Assembly (NCBI GenBank): GCA_963761305.1
Contig: CAVXGK010000002.1
Span: forward strand, 2,464,001-2,528,000
Source of the DNA: an uncultured Gemmatimonadaceae bacterium
Lineage (GTDB): Bacteria; Gemmatimonadota; Gemmatimonadetes; Gemmatimonadales; Gemmatimonadaceae
Length of the DNA: 64,000 nucleotides
Direction: 5' to 3'
Shown: positions 31,135 through 40,360 of the stretch, piece by piece
Layout: the number at the start of each line of letters is the position of its first letter
Position numbering within the stretch: the stretch's first letter is position 1
The notes under the pieces: generated by a model
Databases searched by the model: none
Told to the model about the DNA's origin: nothing
What the model saw: only the letters and a program-made list of their open reading frames with translations
Made by a program: the position numbers and the translations under genes

Positions 31135-32727
31135 ATGGAAGACGCACGACCGCGCGTCGCCGCGGCTGCCCTCGCGCGCCTCTCGGCGTTCCTGCTCGCG
31201 ATATTCGCGGCATGTGGAGCGCCCGGCGCGCCGTCGCGAGACGAAATCGTCGATTCGCGCGACCAGTACGATCCACGATCACTCGACCCCGCGCTCTCGA
31301 CCGACGTCCCCACCGGCCGCGCCGTCGGCTACCTGTTCGACGGACTCACGCGCTTCACCCCCGACGCCCGCGTCGAACCGTCGCTCGCCACGCGCTGGGA
31401 AATCTCCCCCGACGGGCGACGCTACACATTCCATCTTCGAACCGACGTTTCCTTCCACGACGGCTCGCGCTTCACCGCGCGCAACGTCGTCGCCAGCTGG
31501 GAGCGCGCGCTCGCGCCGGCCACCAAGAGCGGCGCCGCGCAGTTCCTCTTCCCCATCGCCGGCGCGCGCGCGTACAACGGCGGTTCGGCCAAGTCCATCG
31601 CCGGACTCGCCGCGCCGAACGACTCGACCGTCGTCGTCACGCTCGACGAGCCGCTCGCCATCTTCACCAAGATGCTGGCGATGCCGGTCGCGGCGATGGT
31701 CCCGCTCCGCGTCCCGCCGGACTTCGGACAACACCCGATCGGCACCGGTCCGTGGACGCTCGTCACCTGGAAGCACGACGACTTCCTGCTCTTCGCCAGG
31801 AATCCGGGCTACTTCGGCGGCGCGCCTAAGACCGACACGCTGCGCGCGCGCATCATCGCCGAACCGAGTACGGCCGTCGCCGAATACGAGAGCGGAAACG
31901 TCGACGTGCTGCAGATCCCTGCCTCCGAAGCGACCGAATGGGTCGAGGACGAGAGCCGGAAGCCCATGCTGATGTCGACGCCGGCGCTCGAGCTGGTGTA
32001 CATAGGTATCAACACCACGCGCGGTCCGTTGGCCGACGCGCGGGTGCGCCAGGCGATCAACTACGCCATCGACGTCCCGCGCATCATCGAGCGGCTCGTC
32101 GGCGGACGTGGAACGCGCGCCAACGGCGTGATTCCGATCGCACTCGGTGGACATGACAGCGCTCGCGTCCCATACCCGTATGACCCCGCGAAAGCGCGAC
32201 AGTTGCTCGCCGCCGCCGGGCATCCGAACGGGATCGACATCGACCTCTGGGTGTCCACCACCCCGATCTACCTGCGGATCGCCGAAACGATCCAGGCATA
32301 CCTCGACGTGGTCGGCGTTCGCGCCAAGATCGTCCAGCGCGAAGCCGCCGCGTCGCGCGCCGCGGCCCGCAAAGGCGAGACGGACATGATCCTCAAGGAT
32401 TGGTACGCCGACTATCCGGACGCCGAGGATTTTCTCTATCCGCTGCTGCACACGGCGAATCGAGGCGCGGGTGGGAACGTCTCGTTCTACTCGAATCCGC
32501 TGTTCGATTCACTCGTCACGGCATCGCGCCGCGAAGGCGACGAAGCGAAGCGAAACGCGCTCTACCGTCGGGCCGATTCGCTCGCGTTTGCCGACGCGCC
32601 GATGGTCTTTCTCTATTTCTACGATGAGCTCTACGCCGTCCAGCCGTGGATCCACCACTTCGTGCCGCCGGTCATCTTCAACGGCCAGCGGTGGATCGAC
32701 GTGACGATCGATCGCGCCAAGCAATGA
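31135..32727 (+). CDS. Peptide/nickel ABC transporter substrate-binding lipoprotein (family 5)
   Basis: Lipobox FAAC, SLDPA, LATRWEISPDG, FHDG, PIGTGP, VRQAINYAID, YDPAKARQLL. Confidence 0.94.
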   Translation: MEDARPRVAAAALARLSAFLLAIFAACGAPGAPSRDEIVDSRDQYDPRSLDPALSTDVPTGRAVGYLFDGLTRFTPDARVEPSLATRWEISPDGRRYTFHLRTDVSFHDGSRFTARNVVASWERALAPATKSGAAQFLFPIAGARAYNGGSAKSIAGLAAPNDSTVVVTLDEPLAIFTKMLAMPVAAMVPLRVPPDFGQHPIGTGPWTLVTWKHDDFLLFARNPGYFGGAPKTDTLRARIIAEPSTAVAEYESGNVDVLQIPASEATEWVEDESRKPMLMSTPALELVYIGINTTRGPLADARVRQAINYAIDVPRIIERLVGGRGTRANGVIPIALGGHDSARVPYPYDPAKARQLLAAAGHPNGIDIDLWVSTTPIYLRIAETIQAYLDVVGVRAKIVQREAAASRAAARKGETDMILKDWYADYPDAEDFLYPLLHTANRGAGGNVSFYSNPLFDSLVTASRREGDEAKRNALYRRADSLAFADAPMVFLYFYDELYAVQPWIHHFVPPVIFNGQRWIDVTIDRAKQ

Positions 32728-33644
32728 CCCGGTTCATCGCGCGACGGTTGCTGCTCGCCGTGCCGACGCTGCTCGGCGTGCTCGTCGTCGCGTTCCTGTT
32801 GTTGTACGTGGCGCCCGGCGATCCGGTCGAGGCGATGATCGGCGAACGCGCCGACAGCGCGACGATCGCGCGCCTTCGCGCCGAGCTGCACGTCGACGAC
32901 CCGCTGCCGCAGCGATTCGCTCACTACGTGAGCCGCGTCGTCGTCGGCGACCTCGGTCGGTCGTACATCACCGACCGCCCGATCGCGCAGGACATTCGCG
33001 AGCGTTTCCCCAAGACGCTGCAGCTCGCCGGCGCCGCGATGCTCCTGGCCGCGTGCCTCGGCATCAGCCTCGGCGTGCTCAGCGCGCGCAACCCCGGCGG
33101 TCTCGTCGACCGTTTCGCGCTCGGCCTCGCCTATCTCGGGATCTCGTTCCCGGTGTACTGGGTGGGCTTGCTTCTCATTCTGCTCTTCGCCGTCACGCTC
33201 AAGTGGCTGCCGCCGTCCGGCTACGGCGGTCTGCGCTTTCTGGTGCTCCCCGCCATCACGCTCGGCATGCGTTCCATCGCCTTCCAGGCGCGCATGACTC
33301 GGTCTTCGATGCTCGACGCGCTCAACGCCGATTTCGTCCGTACCGCGCGCGCCAAAGGACTCGGCGAATGGCTCGTGACGCTGCGCCACGCGCTGCGCAA
33401 CGCGCTCATTCCGGTGATCACCGTGATCGGCCTCGACTTCGGCTCGTATCTCACCGGCAGCATTCTGACTGAAACGATCTTCTCGTGGCCCGGCATCGGC
33501 CGCTACGTCGTGAACGCGATCTCACGCCGCGACCTCCCCGCGATTCAAGGCTCCGTGCTTTTCCTCAGCACCGTGTTCGTCGTCGTCAACCTGCTCACCG
33601 ATCTCGCGTATGCGAAGGCCGACCCACGGGTCAGCTATCAATAG
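32724..33644 (+). CDS. Peptide ABC transporter permease (DppB/OppB-like)
   Basis: RRLL..VPTL, PGDP, GDLGRS, EAA loop DFVRTARAKGL, ETIFSWPGIG. Confidence 0.95.
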   Translation: MTRFIARRLLLAVPTLLGVLVVAFLLLYVAPGDPVEAMIGERADSATIARLRAELHVDDPLPQRFAHYVSRVVVGDLGRSYITDRPIAQDIRERFPKTLQLAGAAMLLAACLGISLGVLSARNPGGLVDRFALGLAYLGISFPVYWVGLLLILLFAVTLKWLPPSGYGGLRFLVLPAITLGMRSIAFQARMTRSSMLDALNADFVRTARAKGLGEWLVTLRHALRNALIPVITVIGLDFGSYLTGSILTETIFSWPGIGRYVVNAISRRDLPAIQGSVLFLSTVFVVVNLLTDLAYAKADPRVSYQ

Positions 33645-33665
33645 AGTGCACAAGTACTGATCACG

Positions 33666-33832
33666 ACAACAGCTGAACGGCAACGATTTCGCGGAAGCGG
33701 CGGATTACGCGGATGACGTTTGTTGCCCTCATCCTGTGGCCACCATCATTGGTTGATGTGTTTTTTTTGTTGTTGCCTTCTCCGTGAAATTCGTGCCGTT
33801 CTCCGCGTAATCGTTGTCGTTCAAGCCGTTGT
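33666..33832. repeat. Intergenic imperfect palindrome (GATTTCGCGGA family), ~50-bp arms, T-rich loop
   Basis: 33666-33713 acaacagctgaacggcaacgatttcgcggaagcggcggattacgcgga vs 33781-33832 tccgtgaaattcgtgccgttctccgcgtaatcgttgtcgttcaagccgttgt. Confidence 0.85.
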
Positions 33833-33867
33833 TTTCTGCTCTGCCGCGGCTCGGAATCGAGTTGCCG

Positions 33868-33905
33868 ACCCGTCCACCCGTCCACCCGTCCACCCGTCCA
33901 CCCGT
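33868..33905 (+). repeat. ACCCGTCC 8-mer tandem repeat (4 perfect + 1 partial), running into the GTG start
   Basis: acccgtcc x4 then acccgtg. Confidence 0.9.
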
Positions 33906-34242
33906 GAATCTCGACGACTACCAACGCGCCGCGCTGCGAACGATCAACCCGGCGCTCAGTGACCGCGATCGTTTGCTCGACGCCGGCGCCGGACTCGCCG
34001 AGGAATCGGCTGAGCTCCTCGGCCTCATTCGCAAACGCGTCTTTCAGCAGCGCAACGTCGACGAGGCGCGGCTCGTCGAGGAGCTCGGCGACACGCTGTG
34101 GTGTCTCGCCGTCGCCGCGGATTCGCTCGGCATCTCACTCTCGAACGTCGCGGCCGCGAACCTGTCCAAGCTCGCCGAGCGTCATCCGAAGGGATTCAGT
34201 ACGGGCTACGACCCGGGAGGCTACGGTCCGAAGCTGGTGTGA
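33904..34242 (+). CDS. MazG-like nucleotide pyrophosphohydrolase
   Basis: LDDYQRAALRT, GLAEESAE, EELGDTLW, AANLSKLAERHPKGF. Confidence 0.88.
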   Translation: MNLDDYQRAALRTINPALSDRDRLLDAGAGLAEESAELLGLIRKRVFQQRNVDEARLVEELGDTLWCLAVAADSLGISLSNVAAANLSKLAERHPKGFSTGYDPGGYGPKLV

Positions 34243-34244
34243 TC

Positions 34245-34290
34245 GCCCGTCCGCCGGTGCACCCGTCCACCCGTCCAGCCGTCCACCCGC
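34245..34290 (+). repeat. Degenerate (A)CCCGTCC 8-mer tandem repeat downstream of the MazG-like gene
   Basis: gcccgtcc gccggtgc acccgtcc acccgtcc agccgtcc acccgc. Confidence 0.8.
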
Positions 34291-34292
34291 GT

Positions 34293-35318
34293 TCAGTCGT
34301 CCTTCTGGCCGAACAACTCCATGTTCGACGAGTGGCCGGGAGCGACCTTCCGATCCGGGTAGATCCAGTGCACCGCCTGGTTCACGGCGGTTGCGGCTTC
34401 GGCGAATCCGGTGGCGATGAGCTTCAACTTTCCCGGATAGGTCGTCACGTCGCCGGCCGCGTAGACCCCGCTGCGACCGGTTTCCATCATGCTGTTGACG
34501 ACGATCTCGCGCTTTTTCTCCAGCGTCAGTCCCCACGAAGCGAGCGCGCCGAGGTCGCTCACGAAGCCGAGCATCGGAATGATCGCGTCGGCGTGCACCA
34601 TGCGCGTCGCCTTCGATTTGACGTCGCGGATCTCCACGTGCGTGAAGGTGTCGGATATCTCGACACATTTGATGTCGTGCAGCTCGTGGAAGGTGAACAG
34701 ATCGGCGCGTCCCGCCTCCACCGCCGCCATATACTCCGCCACCGTCGCGGCGTGGGCGCGGAACGAATCGCTGCGATGTACCAGCGTGACGTGCGTCGCG
34801 CGATCGAGAAGCTGCGTCGCCCAGTCGAACGCCGAATCGCCCCCGCCGATGATCAGGACGCGCTTGCCGCGGAACGCCTCCGGATCCGTCACCACTTCAT
34901 GAATCCCGCGGCCGTACCACGGCTGCGCGCATTCCTGCGGAAGACGGCGCGGCGAAAACGCGCCGATGCCGGCGGCGATGACGATCGCCTTCGTCGGGAA
35001 CCGCGCTTTGTCCGTCACCAGCTCGAAATGACCGTCGACCTCCTCGAGACCGTCCACTCGATGCCCGAGATGCACCGGCTCACCGAATCGCGCCGCTTGC
35101 TCGGCGAGCGATTTGACGAGCTGCTTCGCCGGCACCACGGGATAGCCACCGACGTCGAAGATGAGCTTTTCCGGATACAGCGCCGTCAGTTGGCCGCCGA
35201 GCTCCGGCAGCGCGTCGACGATTTGCGCCGACGCGCGACGCATGCCGGCGTAGAAGAGCGCGAACAGCCCCGTCGGCCCGCCACCGATGATCGTGATGTC
35301 GCGAGTTTCGTGAACCAT
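34293..35318 (-). CDS. Ferredoxin--NADP+ reductase (TrxB-like, YumC type)
   Basis: IIGGGPTG, GGQLTALYPEKLIFDVGG, IGGGDSAFDW, HRSDSFRAH, GD...KLIATG; no CxxC. Confidence 0.9.
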   Translation of the reverse strand: MVHETRDITIIGGGPTGLFALFYAGMRRASAQIVDALPELGGQLTALYPEKLIFDVGGYPVVPAKQLVKSLAEQAARFGEPVHLGHRVDGLEEVDGHFELVTDKARFPTKAIVIAAGIGAFSPRRLPQECAQPWYGRGIHEVVTDPEAFRGKRVLIIGGGDSAFDWATQLLDRATHVTLVHRSDSFRAHAATVAEYMAAVEAGRADLFTFHELHDIKCVEISDTFTHVEIRDVKSKATRMVHADAIIPMLGFVSDLGALASWGLTLEKKREIVVNSMMETGRSGVYAAGDVTTYPGKLKLIATGFAEAATAVNQAVHWIYPDRKVAPGHSSNMELFGQKDD

Positions 35319-35389
35319 GACGTACAAAAGAATAGCGAGGACTCGCCCCGGCGGGCGGTCGGCGAGCTCCGGCCATACATTAGAGCGCG

Positions 35390-35935
35390 ATGAAGATCTA
35401 CACGAAAACGGGCGACGCCGGCGACACCGGATTGTTCGGCGGCGGGCGTGTGCCCAAGAGCCATCCGCGCGTCGAAGCGTACGGCGACGTCGACGAATTG
35501 AACGCGACGATCGGCGTCGCGCGCGCCACCGGAGACGACGCGGAGATCGACGCGCTGCTCCTTCGCGTCCAGCAGGACCTGTTCGCGATCGGCGCCCTCC
35601 TCGCGACGCCCGATCGCGAGCGGATGCGGATGCATCTCGACAAAGCCAAGGTCGACCAGGAGCGCATCGCCGAGTTGGAGCGCGCCATCGACGCCGCCGA
35701 CACGGAGCTCGATCCGCTGCGCGCGTTCATCCTGCCCGGCGGATCGCCGAAGGCCGCGGCGCTCCATGTCGCGCGCACCGTGTGCCGGCGCGCCGAGCGT
35801 CGCGTCGTCGACATCGCCGAGGAGATGGAGATCCCGACGCTCGTCATCGTCTATCTCAATCGGCTGTCCGACGTGTTGTTCACGCTCGCGCGTCTCGCCA
35901 ACAAGCGCACGTCGACCGACGAGACCACGTGGTGA
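35390..35935 (+). CDS. Cob(I)alamin adenosyltransferase, PduO type
   Basis: MKIYTKTGDAGDTGL, AYGDVDELNA, FILPGG, RTVCRRAER, YLNRLSD. Confidence 0.96.
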   Translation: MKIYTKTGDAGDTGLFGGGRVPKSHPRVEAYGDVDELNATIGVARATGDDAEIDALLLRVQQDLFAIGALLATPDRERMRMHLDKAKVDQERIAELERAIDAADTELDPLRAFILPGGSPKAAALHVARTVCRRAERRVVDIAEEMEIPTLVIVYLNRLSDVLFTLARLANKRTSTDETTW

Positions 35936-37035
35936 CGTCGGCCGCGAGCGGCACACGCCGGATCGCGCTGCCGGGCTACGACGTCACCGTCGGCGCGGGA
36001 ATTCTCGAACGACTCGGCGAAATCGTGCGCGACGTCGCGCCGGCGCATCGCTACGCGATCGTCACCGACAGCAACGTCGGCCCCACGTATGCCGCGCGCG
36101 TTCGCGACTCGCTCGGCGCACCGCCCGAGCGCGTATCGGTGTTCAACGTGCCGGCGGGCGAGTCGCACAAGACGCGCGACACCTGGACCCGCGTCACCGA
36201 CGACTTGTTCGCCGCGCACTTCGGCCGCGACAGCACGATCATCGCGCTCGGCGGGGGCGTGATCGGAGATCTCGCCGGTTTCGTGGCGGCCACGTTCATG
36301 CGCGGCATTCCGTTCGTGCAGGTGCCCACGACACTCCTGGCGATGATCGACGCGTCGGTCGGCGGGAAAACCGGCGTGGACACGCCGTCGGGGAAGAATC
36401 TCGTCGGCGCGTTTCATCAGCCGGCGGCGGTCGTGGCCGACTTGCGATCGCTCGCCACGCTGCCGGCCGCGCAGCTCCGCGCCGGCATGGCCGAGGCGAT
36501 CAAGCACGGCGTGATCGCCGACGCCGGGTACTTCGACGGCATTTCCGCGGTCGCGGCGCGACTGGGCGAGATCGACGTCGGCGGCGCCGAGATGCTGGAC
36601 CTCGTCGCGCGAAGCATCGAGATCAAGGCCGACGTCGTGCGTCGCGACGAGCGCGAAGCGGGACTCCGCAAGACTCTCAACTTCGGTCATACAATCGGGC
36701 ACGCCGTCGAACACCTGAGCAACTACGCGGTATTACACGGCGAAGCGGTCGCGATCGGCATGGTCGTCGAGAGCCGCATCGCCGAGCGTCTCGGCGTCGC
36801 CGAATCGGGCACGGCGTCGCGCGTTCAAGCGTTGGTGCGCGAAGCGGGTCTCCCGGATTCGCTGCCGGCGCGCCTGTCCGCCGGACAGATCATCACGGCG
36901 ACGCACGGCGACAAGAAAGCTCGAGCAGGCCGGGCCGAGTACGCGCTTCCCGCTCGGATCGGTGCGATGGCCGGTGAAAGCGATGGTTGGACGGTTGCCG
37001 TTCCGGATGCGATCGTTCGAGAAGCACTTGCCTGA
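35932..37035 (+). CDS. aroB: 3-dehydroquinate synthase
   Basis: GESHK, GGGVIGDLAGF, PTTLLAMIDASVGGKTG, KNLVGAF, LNFGHTIGHA, HGEAVAIG. Confidence 0.97.
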   Translation: MTSAASGTRRIALPGYDVTVGAGILERLGEIVRDVAPAHRYAIVTDSNVGPTYAARVRDSLGAPPERVSVFNVPAGESHKTRDTWTRVTDDLFAAHFGRDSTIIALGGGVIGDLAGFVAATFMRGIPFVQVPTTLLAMIDASVGGKTGVDTPSGKNLVGAFHQPAAVVADLRSLATLPAAQLRAGMAEAIKHGVIADAGYFDGISAVAARLGEIDVGGAEMLDLVARSIEIKADVVRRDEREAGLRKTLNFGHTIGHAVEHLSNYAVLHGEAVAIGMVVESRIAERLGVAESGTASRVQALVREAGLPDSLPARLSAGQIITATHGDKKARAGRAEYALPARIGAMAGESDGWTVAVPDAIVREALA

Positions 37036-37088
37036 GCACGGCTCGGTGCTTGCCTGAGTCGTGATGTAGTCGCTCTCTCGTGTGCCCT

Positions 37089-37511
37089 ATGTCACCCTTC
37101 GCGGGTTATCTCCTCGGACTTCTCGTTCTCATCGGCGGTTTGGCGGTCGCGGCGTATCTGCTCAACGTGCCGACGACCGCCATCATCGTCGCCGTCGTGC
37201 TGGCGGTGTTGGCGATGCTCGCGTGGGCGACGCGGCGTCCTCGCGCGCGGCCGTCAAAATTCACGGGCACGACGCCGAATTCGCCGGCGCTCGATCGCAC
37301 GGTGTTGATGGAGCTCAAGACCTCGCTGATGCAACGTCCTGATGCAGCGCGGAATGAGCCGACCACGCGAATTCCGCAGGTCGAGGACTCGCGCAGCCAA
37401 CCCACCACACGCGTGCCGCAGGCGGACGATTCACGGTCGCAGGCCACGACGCGCGTCGATCGCCAGACAGAGGCCTCCAAGCGCCAGAAAGGGTCGCCGC
37501 AGGACGACTGA
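37089..37511 (+). CDS. Hypothetical two-TM membrane protein with a repetitive polar tail
   Basis: Two hydrophobic helices, then 14-aa repeats PTTR(I/V)PQ..DSRSQ. Confidence 0.7.
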   Translation: MSPFAGYLLGLLVLIGGLAVAAYLLNVPTTAIIVAVVLAVLAMLAWATRRPRARPSKFTGTTPNSPALDRTVLMELKTSLMQRPDAARNEPTTRIPQVEDSRSQPTTRVPQADDSRSQATTRVDRQTEASKRQKGSPQDD

Positions 37512-37867
37512 GGTTCGAGGCGCGACAGCGGTGTGACGAGACGGCTTGTCCGATGGGCCCACGCCACAGGCTGCTGCGAGTGCGTACAATCGAAGCACTT
37601 CGTTGCGCTCGCAGAATGTGATTTCGGTCACGCTGACCGAACGAGCGAGCTCGAGCGCTACGCATCGAGTAACCTCCAAATTCCTGTCAGGCCAACGACA
37701 TAGAATCGTTCGACCCCACCCTGCGGGGAGGCGAGTCGAAATCTCTGTTGACGCCCCTACAACCCAACATTATCCTGCCGTCCCCTGCTACGGCTCTCCA
37801 GGCTCTGCATCGCGCGGGCGCAGTCGTGCTCGCTCCCCTCACCGGCGCCAATCGGGAAGGAGTGTGT

Positions 37868-38761
37868 ATGGAGCAAGTGACCGAGACCAGATCGTCGAAG
37901 GGTTACTTCCGATCGTCTCCGTCCACCGCGTTCGATCAATACCTGCAGGATATTCAAAAACTGCCGTTGATCAGCGAGCCCGAGGAAGAGCGGCGATTGG
38001 CGCGTCGGGCGCAAAAGGGGGATGAGAAGGCGGCCGAGCGATTGGTCACGGCCAACCTGCGGTTCGTCATCTCGTACGTGAAGAAATACCAGGGCCACGG
38101 ACTCGATCTGAGTGAGCTCGTCGCCATCGGTAATGAGGGTTTGCTAAAAGCAGTTCGCAAATTCGATCCGGACCAGGGCGTCAAGTTCATCTCGTACGCC
38201 GTGTGGTGGGTTCGACAAGCCGTTCTCAAGGCGCTGGCCGAACAGACCCGCTCCGTCCGCATCCCGCTCAACCAGAACTCGCAGCTCATTCGCCTGGCCC
38301 GCGCCGAGACGATTCTCGCCCAGGTTCTCAAGCGCGACCCAACGGAAGGCGAAGTCAGCCAGCTCCTCGACGAGACTCCCGAGAACGTCCGCTCCGCGCG
38401 CCAGATGTCGGCGACCGAAGTCTCGCTCGACGCCCCCATCGACAGGTCGGATCGCGAAGCGTCCACCCTCGGCGAGCGTTTCGCCGGCGTCGACGGCACC
38501 GAGATCGAGGAAGTCACCGACTACAAGCTGATGCGCGAGTTCATCGATCGCGTATTCAAGAAGTATCTCACGCCGCGCGAGCGAAAGATCCTCTATCTCT
38601 ACTACGGGCTCGAGGAAGGCTCCGAGGCGATGACGCTCGAGAAGATCGGCGCCCTCATGGGCGTGACCCGCGAGCGCATCCGCCAGATCCGCGAGCGCGC
38701 GTTCGAGAAACTCCGCGAGTCGCCCGACGGCCGAGCTCTCTCCGGATTCTGGGCCGCGTAG
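37868..38761 (+). CDS. RNA polymerase sigma-70 family factor (RpoD/RpoS-like, lacks region 1.1)
   Basis: AAGGAG SD; DQYLQDI, ANLRFVIS, GNEGL, KFISYAVWW, RSVRIP, SLDAP, TLEKIG...TRERIRQI. Confidence 0.96.
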   Translation: MEQVTETRSSKGYFRSSPSTAFDQYLQDIQKLPLISEPEEERRLARRAQKGDEKAAERLVTANLRFVISYVKKYQGHGLDLSELVAIGNEGLLKAVRKFDPDQGVKFISYAVWWVRQAVLKALAEQTRSVRIPLNQNSQLIRLARAETILAQVLKRDPTEGEVSQLLDETPENVRSARQMSATEVSLDAPIDRSDREASTLGERFAGVDGTEIEEVTDYKLMREFIDRVFKKYLTPRERKILYLYYGLEEGSEAMTLEKIGALMGVTRERIRQIRERAFEKLRESPDGRALSGFWAA

Positions 38762-38789
38762 CGTTCGCTCGCTGGGCCCACAGTCGACC

Positions 38790-38835
38790 ACGCCCCGGCG
38801 CGCTATGCCACCAGCGCGCCGGGGCGTAGCTTTTT
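38790..38835 (+). terminator. Probable intrinsic terminator after the sigma gene
   Basis: 15-bp stem acgccccggcgcgct / agcgcgccggggcgt, then agc and a T5 tract. Confidence 0.65.
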
Positions 38836-38839
38836 CAGG

Positions 38840-40360
38840 GTGACCGTCTCCCCCGCCACAACCGCCTCGACCGCCTCGACCGCCTCGACGACGGCGCCCT
38901 CCATCGGGACGCCGCCGATCGACCGCGCGCTCGCCGATCGGCTGGCCGCGATCGTCGGCGAAAAGCGCGTGTTGTTCCGGCCGAGCGAGCTGCTCACGTA
39001 TTCGTCCGACGCGCTGCCTTCCTATCACAGGCAGCCCGCGCTCGCCGTCTTTCCCGGCACGCGCGACGAAGTCGTGGCCGTCGTGCGAGAGCTCGCGCGC
39101 GCCAACGTCCCCTTCGTTCCGCGCGGCGCCGGCACCGGTCTCTCCGGCGGCGCGCTCGCCGAGGGCGTCGTGCTCGTTGGACTCAACCGACTGACGCGCA
39201 TCCTCTCGATCGACGCCGACAACGCGACGGCGACCGTCGAGCCGGGCGTCGTCAACGCCGCGTTGAGCCGCGCCGTCGCACCGCACGCGCTGCACTACGC
39301 GCCCGATCCGTCGAGCCAGGCCGCGTGCACGATCGGTGGCAACGTCGCCGAGAACGCCGGCGGTCCGCACTGCCTCAAGTACGGCGTCACGACGAATCAC
39401 ATCCTCGCCATCACGGCGCTGTTGCCGAGCGGAGAGATCGTGTCGCTGGGCAGCGCGGCCGGCGAAACGGACGGCTACGATCTGGTCGGCGCGTTCGTCG
39501 GATCCGAAGGCTGCTTCGGCATTGCGCTCGACATCACCGTCCGATTGACGCGAAATCCCGAGGCCATTCGCACGATCCTCGCCGACTTCATGTCGATCGA
39601 CGCCGCGGCGCGCGCCGTGACGTCGATCGTCGCCACCGGAATCATTCCGGCGGCGCTCGAGATGATCGACCAGGCGACCATCCGCGCCGTCGAGGCCTCC
39701 ATTTACGCCGCCGGCTATCCGACCGACGCCGCCGCGGCGCTGCTCATCGAAGTCGACGGCGCGATCGCCGGTCTCGAGCGCGACGTCGACACCATCGAAT
39801 CGATCTGCAAGTCGAGCGGCGCGCGCACCGTGCGCGTCGCGCGCGACGAGGCCGAGCGGGCGCGCCTCTGGCAGGGACGCAAAAAGGCGTTCGGCGCGAT
39901 GGGACGCATCTCGTCGCATCTCGTCGTGCAGGACGCCGTCGTTCCGCGCACCAAGCTGCCCGAGGTCCTCGCGCAGGTGCGGCGCATCGCCGAGGAGCAG
40001 CGGCTGCGGGTGGCCAACGTGTTCCACGCCGGCGACGGCAACCTGCACCCGAACATCGCCTACGACGCCAACGACCCCGATGAATCGGCGCGCGTGCACG
40101 TCGCCATGAACGCGATCATGCGCGCCTGCGTCGACGCCGGCGGCACGATCACCGGCGAGCACGGCATCGGCATCGACAAGCTGCCGTACATGGACATGAT
40201 CTTCTCGCCCGACTCGCTCGCGGCGATGTGCAGCCTGCGCGACGTGTTCGATCCGGATCGTCGCTCGAATCCCGGCAAGGTCGTTCCGATGCACTCGTGC
40301 CGCGAGTGGCACGGCATACGCTCGACCAGATCCGGCGCTTCTCGAACGAGTGCCGCGTGA
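38840..40360 (+). CDS. glcD: Glycolate oxidase FAD-linked subunit GlcD-like
   Basis: PRGAGTGLSGGA, YAPDPSSQ, GGNVAENAGGPHCLKYGVT, GSEG, HAGDGNLHP, GEHGIG. Confidence 0.92.
   Translation: MTVSPATTASTASTASTTAPSIGTPPIDRALADRLAAIVGEKRVLFRPSELLTYSSDALPSYHRQPALAVFPGTRDEVVAVVRELARANVPFVPRGAGTGLSGGALAEGVVLVGLNRLTRILSIDADNATATVEPGVVNAALSRAVAPHALHYAPDPSSQAACTIGGNVAENAGGPHCLKYGVTTNHILAITALLPSGEIVSLGSAAGETDGYDLVGAFVGSEGCFGIALDITVRLTRNPEAIRTILADFMSIDAAARAVTSIVATGIIPAALEMIDQATIRAVEASIYAAGYPTDAAAALLIEVDGAIAGLERDVDTIESICKSSGARTVRVARDEAERARLWQGRKKAFGAMGRISSHLVVQDAVVPRTKLPEVLAQVRRIAEEQRLRVANVFHAGDGNLHPNIAYDANDPDESARVHVAMNAIMRACVDAGGTITGEHGIGIDKLPYMDMIFSPDSLAAMCSLRDVFDPDRRSNPGKVVPMHSCREWHGIRSTRSGASRTSAA

Noticed and set aside
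33904..34242. Anti-phage defence island around the MazG-like gene
   Set aside because: The neighbours are housekeeping genes and no other defence-type genes were recognised.
37512..37867. Riboswitch or ncRNA in the 350-bp region upstream of the sigma gene
   Set aside because: No recognisable conserved RNA motif or strong structure; probably promoter (TAGAAT at 37701) plus leader. An Rfam scan would be needed.
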